Position numbers and translations under genes: made by a program. From NCBI GenBank assembly GCA_054661495.1, contig BAAFSQ010000361.1, positions 1-8,975 of the forward strand: a stretch of 8,975 nt of DNA, written 5' to 3'. This DNA is from Zygophlyctis sp. KS116. Taxonomy: Eukaryota; Fungi; Chytridiomycota. Positions 1-7,529 of this stretch are shown here, piece after piece. The notes beneath the pieces were generated by a model. It saw only the letters and a program-made list of their open reading frames with translations, was not told the origin of the DNA and did no database searches. Position 1 is the first letter of the stretch. The number at the start of each line of letters is the position of its first letter.

Positions 1-2
1 AT

Positions 3-25
3 CTATTTTTAGTATATTTACATAC
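3..25 (-). other. Candidate 23-nt spliceosomal intron
   Basis: GTATGTAAATATACTAAAAATAG; contains the stop that ends ORF 18-344. Confidence 0.6.
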
Positions 26-369
26 CTTTAAGAGAATATAGCCTGCTAAAAAAAGTTTCAGCTTCATTAGCTACTTGAAGCATTTCGCCTTTATTCGCGG
101 AGAGCTGAGAAGTTAGACCTTCCTGAGTCCCGTCCAAAAAAACCAAGTCTACCCTGCTACCTGTTACAGACTCTGACAGACGGGCGAGAGGTGCCGTCAA
201 AGTCTTCAATATAGGTGACTTCTTAGTGCCCTTCTTGCCTATTAACAGAGAATAAATAATTATAGGCTCCTCCCAATCAAGGTTGGAATCTGGTTTAATA
301 TAACAATTAGACCCGCATAAGAATGAAAAAATGGGTAAAAGCACTGTTAAAATACAGCTAAAGATTCGC

Positions 370-395
370 CTGGCAATTCAGTTCTATAAACTTAC
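370..395 (-). other. Candidate 26-nt spliceosomal intron
   Basis: GTAAGT...TGCCAG; the downstream frame is broken shortly after, so less certain. Confidence 0.4.
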
Positions 396-829
396 CGATT
401 TTGGTAACCAGCTTAGCCGTTTCGACGCCGCAACATTCTTCGATAGGTGGTATGATTCCAAAACAATCGAAAATTCTTATGGTATCAATAAATCCTGATT
501 GACCGTGCCTTCAAAATCCTTTTTTGCTTTCTTTTTTATTGGCCTATATTGGTTAGATTAGGTAGCTTACTTTTCTAGACTCAGAGTGGACATGCTCCTT
601 TTTATGATAGGAGAAGACTCATGCCCGTCAAAAGTCAGCATTAAATTAAAAAGCGCAACGCGAAATCGTGTAATTTTTTCGGGATTTTTTTTGAATTTGA
701 CCAATCATATATTGTGAAATATTCCTAAAATTGAAAGTTCAACTCAATAGGTGATTAAATATTTCTGAAGTTGAAACGTAGAATAAATTTATTACGAGAG
801 TCGAACTCACGACTTGATAATTTTTTTCT

Positions 830-1550
830 ATGCTTTAACATCTCATCGAACCAAGAGGCGTTCGAAGACCAATCAATTTCTTTTTTACCAAAGGTAAACC
901 TGGCAAATAGGTAAAGCGCTACTGCACCTATAGGGCAAAGGTTGCCATCTTTATGCCTCATGACTCGACCATACAGTGTTTTAAGTCCATTGGTTTTTCC
1001 AACCTCAATTTGCATTACTAATATGCGATATTAATGACTACCTTGGCCTTCTATCTCTTTCTGGCAAAGATCTGATAGATCGCAGTTTATCACCGATTCC
1101 CCTCTTAAAATTCCAAATAAAGTTTGTAAAAGCATATATAGGTCTCTAGTCGAAGCAATACATAGATTTGAGAAAGGGCTCTCACATTTTAAGGTAGAAT
1201 TATAATGAAAGAAGAACCGCTCAATCTTTGAAACTTTCGAGGCCTGGGCGTACGGAGCAAATTCAGCCGTTACTTTCTCTTAATAGTTCTTTTTTGCTAT
1301 TCTTTTTTTCTATTCTTACAAAAGTTTAGAGTCCTCTGGATGTGTAACATATTTTTGTTACTATTGCTGGCACCCATATCTACTCGATGCTGCCAAACTT
1401 TAAGAATAGCGCACCAGCTTTGATTAATAACCTCATAACCAACCAAATTCGGGGTTAGGGTTAGGGTTAAACATACCCTTTTACGCTTCATCCATCACTC
1501 TGTTGAAATCTTCCATGTCAAATGCCGGCTTTAGCCTTTTACTTTCTGGT
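830..1550 (-). pseudogene. Crypton-type tyrosine recombinase (NDC10_II-like domain) pseudogene, C-terminal catalytic half apparently missing
   Basis: Manual translation upstream of ORF 755-1015, same frame: RIAKKNY*EKVTAEFAPY...RDLYMLLQTLFGILRGESVINCDLSDL...SH*YRILVMQIEVGKTNGLKTLYGRVMRHKDGNLCPIGAVALYLFARF...WFD. LRGE, GKTN, RHKD and CPxGA are CryptonF/Ndc10-like motifs. Stops at 1280-1282 and 1031-1033, with further frameshifted pieces (VGYEVINQ; AFDMEDFNRVM) up to about 1550. Confidence 0.8.
1452..1469 (+). repeat. Interstitial telomere-type repeat (GGGTTA)3
   Basis: Sequence gggttagggttagggtta read directly. Confidence 0.85.
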
Positions 1551-1606
1551 AGCTAAAAGAATTTGAGCCTAATTTTAGCTTATTTGGATTCCTTGAGCTG
1601 CAAATT

Positions 1607-1670
1607 TAGTAACCCAAGCCTGGGTTAATAACCGCGTGTATTTATTGTCACATATTGTTAATAACCGCGT
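1607..1670. repeat. Hairpin TAACCCA-agcc-TGGGTTA (1610-1627) overlapping a 14-bp direct repeat GTTAATAACCGCGT (1624-1637 and 1657-1670)
   Basis: Read directly; function unknown. Confidence 0.7.
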
Positions 1671-1947
1671 TTATAAACCTCAATCGTTACTGACTCGTCA
1701 GGAAACGCGCAAAAAAGTCTGACGCGACTAAAAATACTTTGCTGATATATTTAGGGTCGGAAAATTTATTAACGTGAGTCTTAGACCCGGTCCACTGCCA
1801 AATGCGGGGGTTCCTTATAACTTAGGAAAATGAAAATTTTCGCGTTTTCGTTTTTTCCTATAAAATTCGGACTTATTGACTTAATATCCAAGAAAAAAAA
1901 TCAATTGATTGGCTTCAAATTTAGGTAAAAAATTCAAGGACTTATCA

Positions 1948-1952
1948 TACAG
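1948..1952 (+). repeat. Left target-site duplication TACAG
   Basis: Immediately 5' of the LTR's TG; the same sequence (ATACAG, 6 nt match) follows the LTR-end remnant at 6816-6821. Confidence 0.75.
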
Positions 1953-2112
1953 TGTCATGATGTAGACATTAATACTGATCTAGTTCAAACTCATGCTTTA
2001 ATGTCCGAAGTGACGTGAACACACTCAGATGGGAAAGTAGAAGTAAGAGGAATTAATATATTTTGATTCTTAAGTCTATTCTTATATTGACTGATCCATC
2101 AAGTGTGTGATA
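1953..2112 (+). repeat. 5' LTR (~160 bp, TGTCA...TGATA)
   Basis: Start is fixed by the onset of identity with 6112. End inferred from the remnant AAGTGTGTGATA abutting the TSD at 6805-6816; +/-1 nt depending on TSD length. Confidence 0.8.
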
Positions 2113-2147
2113 TTGAATTCAATCCACTTGATACACTTTTAACTATT

Positions 2148-3056
2148 ATGAAAGTTGATCAACAAAAATCAAGAAAAATCGAATTTTCGGTACGACCCGA
2201 ACCTGGGTCTCCCAAGATCCAACTCGTCTATTTCGAGGGAAAGCCCTCGGATAACTATGCCGAGTGGATTGATGAATTTGAAAGAGTCCGATCGATATGC
2301 GACTGGTCTAACAAAGCTTCGGTCCAATATCTTACGCTTGTCTGCCGAGGGGTGGCATATGAAACTATCAAGACGGTCATTTCTAAGAGTCCTAAGACTC
2401 GTGCATCTACCTCGACTATGACTTCAGCAGATCTCGAACTCGATATGGGTGCTCAATTCGCGCGTATGCTCCAAGCACTGAATGCCCGTTTCCTCCCGTC
2501 TACCCGCTATGATGAATGGCTTAATGCATTTTTGTCTTTGAAACAATCTTCTTCGCAAACTATCGCTCAATTCGCCCACCAAATCGATAAAGCGTACAAG
2601 CGAGTCAATCAGGCAGCTGGGACAGGCTCGGGGAATAAACTGCTCGATGAAGACATGCGGAGATTGGTTTCCCAACGTGGAGTCAAATCAGAGCTACGCC
2701 AGATCGTATTGATGTATCCTTCTCTAGCTTACGAAGAAATGGTCTCCCAAGCGGAAAGATACGAAATGGCGATCAAAACTTATTCTGTGATTGACAATCG
2801 AAAAGAAATTTCGACGACTAATAATTTACAGAAATTTCATAAAAAGAACTCTAATGATGGTTCCTCGAGAAGAGACCAATCTTCGGACAACTCGGATAAG
2901 AAGAAAATGAAATGCGATTACTGTGGCAAATTGGGTCACACTGAAAAACGTTGTTTTAAGCAGAAGAAGGAACTGAAACTAGATTTCAGTCGCTCAAGAA
3001 CAGGATTCAAACGCGGTCACTATGTCAATCGTTGCTCCTCAAAAGCCTTGTTTTGA
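2148..3056 (+). CDS. gag: Gag polyprotein (retrotransposon capsid-like region plus CCHC zinc knuckle)
   Basis: Open frame from ATG 2148 (the ORF track's GTG at 2103 lies in the LTR). FEG...WIDEFE, LKQ..QTIAQF (MHR-like), CDYCGKLGHTEKRC at 2913-2954. Confidence 0.9.
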   Translation: MKVDQQKSRKIEFSVRPEPGSPKIQLVYFEGKPSDNYAEWIDEFERVRSICDWSNKASVQYLTLVCRGVAYETIKTVISKSPKTRASTSTMTSADLELDMGAQFARMLQALNARFLPSTRYDEWLNAFLSLKQSSSQTIAQFAHQIDKAYKRVNQAAGTGSGNKLLDEDMRRLVSQRGVKSELRQIVLMYPSLAYEEMVSQAERYEMAIKTYSVIDNRKEISTTNNLQKFHKKNSNDGSSRRDQSSDNSDKKKMKCDYCGKLGHTEKRCFKQKKELKLDFSRSRTGFKRGHYVNRCSSKALF

Positions 3057-4295
3057 ACTGTTTATCAATGGGATTCCAGTGGTCTGCTTGATCGATACAG
3101 GTTCATCGTGCTCTTTGATTCGAAGCTCAATCTACTATGATCTCTATTTCTGGTTATGATAAGACATCTTCAGTTTCTTCTACGGGTGCTACTTTAAATT
3201 TTCCTGAATTCTCTTGGATTCCTGTGGTTGCAGTTGTCGTGGAGAAAACGAACCATGATCTCATTTTGGGGAAGGATTTTCTACAAGCAAACAATGCAAT
3301 TCTGGATTTTGCAAACAGTTCTATTAGAATTGGCTCTCAAACTCTCTTACCTGCTTCCAATAAGCTTTGGCGGATGGTAAATTCGGTAGAAAGTTGCGCG
3401 ACAAATGTGGATTTTAATCCAGATGCTATGCTTCACGAACAACTTTTAGCTAGTTCTCCTTCTACTGATCCTATAGATTCAATTGTCTCTCAAGGCATTT
3501 CTACTATGGATCCACAATCTGATACTGTCCGGATACGTTTCACGGAAATTCTTACTTCTGTGGCGGCGGCGCTCTCCGGAGTTGGTACAATTTCTGGTGT
3601 CGAACATTTGATCAATCTTTCTTCGGATATACCTATTCGGCAAAGACCTTATTGTGTTCCTTATTCTCTCGTGCCTAAAGTCAAACAGCACATTAAGGAA
3701 TTGATCGATCTTGGTATTATTCAAAGCAGCACTTCTGCGTATGGTTGTCCTAGTTTTCCTTTAGTTAAACCTGACGGAGACATACATCTTCTTATTGATT
3801 ATCGAAAACTGAATGCAATCACGGTCAAATCTGGTTACCCAAACAAGCGGACAGACGACATGCTTTATCGTCTTCAAGGTTCTAAGGTTTTTTCCAGTCT
3901 TGATCTCAACAAAGGTTACTATCAAATTCTGGTAAAAAAATTGGATAGACATAAAACTGCTTTCATTTCTCCGGATGGACATTATGAATTCACACGGATG
4001 CCATTTGTTGGTCTTACTGACGCGCCCATGACTTTTCAACGTGCTATGGATGCTCTTTTTGGTAATTTGTCTTTTGTTTCTGTTTATCTCGATGATTTGT
4101 TAATACACTCTATTAATTCGGAGTCACATCTTTCACACTTGGAAGAAGGGTTAGAATTTGAAAAGCTAATGGGATTTCTCTCGAATGGCGTAAATGTCGG
4201 ATTTCTGATTGATTCTACTGGTCTTCGCCCGGCTACAAAGAATGTCCAAGCTCTTTTGGATCTTCCTTCTCCCAAATCGGTGAAAGATGTACGCT

Positions 4296-4361
4296 CGGTT
4301 CTCGGATCATTGAATTTCTTTCGTCCTAACCCCGGTTCTCGGATCATTGAATTTCTTTCGT
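4296..4361 (+). repeat. 29-bp local direct duplication (4296-4324 / 4333-4361) with 8-nt spacer CCTAACCC; shifts the pol frame
   Basis: cggttctcggatcattgaatttctttcgt occurs twice. Confidence 0.9.
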
Positions 4362-5274
4362 ACGTTAATTACTTACTAGTCAACGGTTATTACCTCTTAC
4401 ACGATTACTTTCTCCTGCTACTCCTTTCAAATGGACACCTGCGGAAGAAATGACTCTTCGTTCCACTATTGATCTTTTAGTTCATCATGGTAAAGTTTAT
4501 CTTCCTCTAATTGGTCAACCTTTTACCTTGTATACGGATGCTTCTGATTTTGCGGTTGGTGCAGTTATTTTTCAAAATGATTTACCTATTGCTTTCTTTT
4601 CACGTAAGCTGTCCGGTGCTCAGGTCAATTACAAAGCTCTTGCTATTGTATGGACATTATCAACTTATCGTCACTTACTTTATGGCGCTCCTTTGACAAT
4701 CTTTACGGACCATTCGAATCTGATGTTTCTTGATACGTCTTCATTACAACGTATTCAACGATGGAAACTCTTGTTGAGTGAATTTGATGTCTCAATCAAA
4801 TTTATTCCCGGTGCCAAGAATTCGATGGCGGATGTTCATTTCGACGGCTACTTCTGCTTCTTTTCCTTTGTCTCCGGATTTTCTTTTTTCGATTTCCTTT
4901 CTTGCTTCGCTTCAAGCTTCTGATTCTCTTTGTGATATATTCGATAAAGTCCTCAACGGTTCTATTTCTTTAGCTTATTTGTCTCCTGCGGAGCGTCGTC
5001 TTTATCGCTCACTCTCCAAACGCTCCTTTACTAACTTTTCTTTTTGGATTCATGGTGATTCAGCGATTTACGTGCCTTCTTCGTCGCAAATTCGCTCTAC
5101 ACTTCTTTCTTGGGTACACACTGCTTTTCAACATCCTGGTGTTTCTCGTTCTCTTGGAATTCTTCGCTCTTTGGTTTACTGGCCAGATATTGGTGCTGAT
5201 ACAACTAATTATGTGAATTCGTGTCTTCCTTGCCAAACTATGAAACCTTCTCATCATTCCTATGGTATTCTTCA

Positions 5275-5286
5275 GGGGAAGCTGGG
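5275..5286 (+). other. Candidate central polypurine tract inside integrase
   Basis: GGGGAAGCTGG(g)TG matches the 3' PPT/LTR junction GGGGAAGCTGG(a)TG at 13 of 14 positions. Confidence 0.55.
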
Positions 5287-6099
5287 TGCTGACCACCATT
5301 TGCAAATTATTCATGTTGATCTAATTGGACCATTTTCTCAAGATTGTCCTGATGCTGATTTCGATTTATTGGACAAGTTTAAATATGCTATGACAATGAT
5401 TGATTCCTATTCTAAGTAGATTGAAATCATTCCTTTGTCTGATATAGAGGCTCCTTCAATTTGTAAAGCCTTTGATGAAAATTGGCTTTGTCGTTATCCA
5501 TGTCCTTCTGCTGTTGTCTCGGATAATGGAACTCAATTCACCTCAACTGAATTTAAAGAATTATTATCCTCCTATGGTATTGATCATAATTTGACAGCTA
5601 CATATAATCCGCAAGCTAATTCGATGATTTAACGTGTACATGGTACTATCAACTCAATGCTACGATGTTCTGATTCTCTCTACTGGTATGATGCTCTTCC
5701 CGCAATTTCCTGGTCTTTACGTGCTGGTTATCATCAAGCTGTCAAGACTTCTCCTGGACAAATTGTTTTCGGACTGAATATGCTTCAACCTGATTTGTCT
5801 CCTCTTTCTGTTCCTACTACTATTGATTCTCGTATCAAAAAAGTTCGTTTTGATCAACAATCAAAGGATCTCATTCGTGCAAATCGCTCCCGCATTGATC
5901 ATGAATTTAAAGTTAATGATTTTGTACTAATTTGCTCACCTAAAATCGACAATCTTGGTAAATTGATCCACGTTATTATGGACCTTATCCAATTACGAAA
6001 ATTGATGTTGAATTGGACACTGCTACTTGTGATGTTGACGGAACACCAACTCGTGTTAACTTTCGTCGTCTCAAACCTTTTAAAGGACAAGTACCTCTT

Positions 6100-6111
6100 G
6101 GGGAAGCTGGA
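6100..6111 (+). other. 3' polypurine tract
   Basis: GGGGAAGCTGGA directly abuts the TG of the second LTR. Confidence 0.85.
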
Positions 6112-6271
6112 TGTCATGATGTAGACATTAATACTGATCTAGTTCAAACTCATGCTTTAATGTCCGAAGTGACGTGAACACACTCAGATGGGAAAGTAGA
6201 AGTAAGAGGAATTAATATATTTTGATTCTTAAGTCTATTCTTATATTGACTGATCCATCAAGTGTGTGATA
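6112..6271 (+). repeat. Second LTR, no differences seen from the 5' LTR
   Basis: By-eye alignment at offset 4159; preceded by the PPT. Confidence 0.88.
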
Positions 6272-6797
6272 TTGAATTCAATCCACTTGATACACTTTTA
6301 ACTATTATGAAAGTTGATCAACAAAAATCAAGAAAAATCGAATTTTCGGTACGACCCGAACCTGGGTCTCCCAAGATCCAACTCGTCTATTTCGAGGGAA
6401 AGCCCTCGGATAACTATGCCGAGTGGATTGATGAATTTGAAAGAGTCCGATCGATATGCGACTGGTCTAACAAAGCTTCGGTCCAATATCTTACGCTTGT
6501 CTGCCGAGGGGTGGCATATGAAACTATCAAGACGGTCATTTCTAAGAGTCCTAAGACTCGTGCATCTACCTCGACTATGACTTCAGCAGATCTCGAACTC
6601 GATATGGGTGCTCAATTCGCGCGTATGCTCCAAGCACTGAATGCCCGTTTCCTCCCGTCTACCCGCTATGATGAATGGCTTAATGCATTTTTGTCTTTGA
6701 AACAATCTTCTTCGCAAACTATCGCTCAATTCGCCCACCAAATCGATAAAGCGTACAAGCGAGTCAATCAGGCAGCTGGGACAGGCTCGGGGAATAA

Positions 6798-6816
6798 ATC
6801 CTCTAAGTGTGTGATA
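6798..6816 (+). repeat. Remnant of an LTR 3' terminus
   Basis: atcctctAAGTGTGTGATA versus LTR atccatcAAGTGTGTGATA (2094-2112); followed by TACAG. Confidence 0.75.
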
Positions 6817-6821
6817 TACAG
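6817..6821 (+). repeat. Right target-site duplication TACAG
   Basis: Matches 1948-1952. Confidence 0.75.
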
Positions 6822-7505
6822 GAAAAAAAATTAGATAATAACTAAGTCAAATTTCCAAACTTAAATACATTTATTTGCTTAATTACAAGTTAATTACAAT
6901 TGTTTTTTAATTCCCAAGCTTTTATCTGATCTATCAATTTGTCAATAATCTGATCACTCTCAACAGCTATCTTTTGATTGCGTGCAGCCTTTTCTCGATC
7001 TAATGAAAGATAAAAGCTGTTTGTTAGTTGTTAAAGTACTTCCCCTTTGAAATAATTTGTGGTGATCAAAAATCTGTCATTGATACTTGCATTTGGATTA
7101 ATGACTGCAATTCTGTATTTTTTGTAATAAACATCAAATGCACATTCCTCCCATCCATGAGTAAATCTATCCCAATCTTCTTCCTTCATAAACTTTTCTT
7201 GCGTATTTTGACGAATTTCATCAAGTACAATCTCTTCAAAGCATATTTCTGTAAAAAAATATGCTTCTAACCCTTAGGCCTATCCAATTCGCTTAAATCA
7301 TCATTGTTTTCAAAAGAGGTGATCGCAGCAGAAATTTCTTTCGCAATAAGTGCTTGAACAGGATAAGGAAACCTTTTCAGTCAAGGAAATTTATCACAGA
7401 ATGAAATATTTTTTATTCGACTTCCTTCTGTCTAATCAATTCTCTATGATCATCAATTTTTTGAATGGTTTCAACAGCTCCACTTAGACTATAAGCTATT
7501 TTAAT

Positions 7506-7529
7506 CTAAAATTAAAGAATTTCCTGTAC
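7506..7529 (-). other. Candidate 24-nt spliceosomal intron
   Basis: GTACAG...TTTTAG holds two in-frame stops; removal gives ILKSK/IKIAYSLSG. Confidence 0.55.

Larger units (their letters stand above)
1..480 (-). pseudogene. DUF3987/YfjI-like P-loop NTPase gene fragment (runs off the left edge; probable introns 370-395 and 3-25; frame break near 345-360)
   Basis: ORF 18-344 reads WEEPIIIYSLLIGKKGTKKSP (Walker A-like), then DGTQEGL and QVANEAETFF (Walker B position, NE instead of DE), the motif order I recall for DUF3987 proteins. Upstream limit is approximate. Confidence 0.6.
2983..6177 (+). pseudogene. pol: pol pseudogene (aspartic protease, reverse transcriptase, RNase H, integrase with GPY/F motif, no chromodomain)
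   Basis: PR: LFINGIPVVCLIDTGSS (DTG 3094-3102, frame +1 to gag, not in the ORF track) then DLILGKDFL after a frameshift. RT: IDYRKLN, LDLNKGYYQI, KTAF, RMPF(V)GL, YLDD (4085-4096). RH: YTDASDFAVGAV, TDHSNL, RIQRW, with the usual STTEKE segment deleted after QVNY. IN: H..HPG...CLPCQ, HVDLIGP, SDNGTQF; stops 5417-5419 and 5630-5632; after a frameshift near 5965 PRYYGPYPI...RRLKPF, ending at TGA 6175-6177 inside the LTR. Confidence 0.93.
1953..6816 (+). mobile_element. Ty3/Gypsy LTR retrotransposon, degenerate pol, rearranged 3' end
   Basis: Direct repeats starting TGTCATGA at 1953 and 6112, gag with CCHC knuckle, domain order PR-RT-RNaseH-IN, PPT before the second LTR, TACAG on both outer sides. 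Confidence 0.95.
6307..6834 (+). pseudogene. gag: Duplicated, 3'-truncated gag (identity ends at 6798; ORF runs on to a stop at 6834)
   Basis: Translations of 2103+/6262+ match up to GSGNK and the overlapping 88-aa ORFs are identical; lacks the zinc knuckle. Confidence 0.9.

Noticed and set aside
540-710. Promoter for the DUF3987-like gene (CCAAT and ACGCGAAA motifs)
   Set aside because: Short motifs, start codon not located; not supportable without expression data.
2103-2147. GTG start of the 317-aa and 190-aa ORFs
   Set aside because: Lies in the LTR/leader; eukaryotic context favours ATG 2148 (6307).
1953-2639. Calling the whole 687-bp repeat the LTR
   Set aside because: It contains half of gag, has no terminal dinucleotide or TSD at 2639/6798, and the TSD follows a copy of the sequence at 2101-2112 instead.
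3000-3040. Second zinc knuckle in gag (RGHYVNRC)
   Set aside because: Lacks the CxxC half, and the +1 frame here reads as the protease N-terminus.
4296-4361. CRISPR-like repeat-spacer-repeat
   Set aside because: Only two copies, 8-nt spacer, sequence is RT-thumb coding DNA in a eukaryotic element.
2155-5314. Small alternative-frame and antisense ORFs (2155-2421, 2424-2675, 3479-3724, 3761-4039, 4084-4347, 4511-4696, 5060-5314)
   Set aside because: Shadows of gag/pol with no recognisable motifs.
6080-6177. Chromodomain or env after integrase
   Set aside because: Integrase runs straight into the PPT and LTR; no room or motifs.
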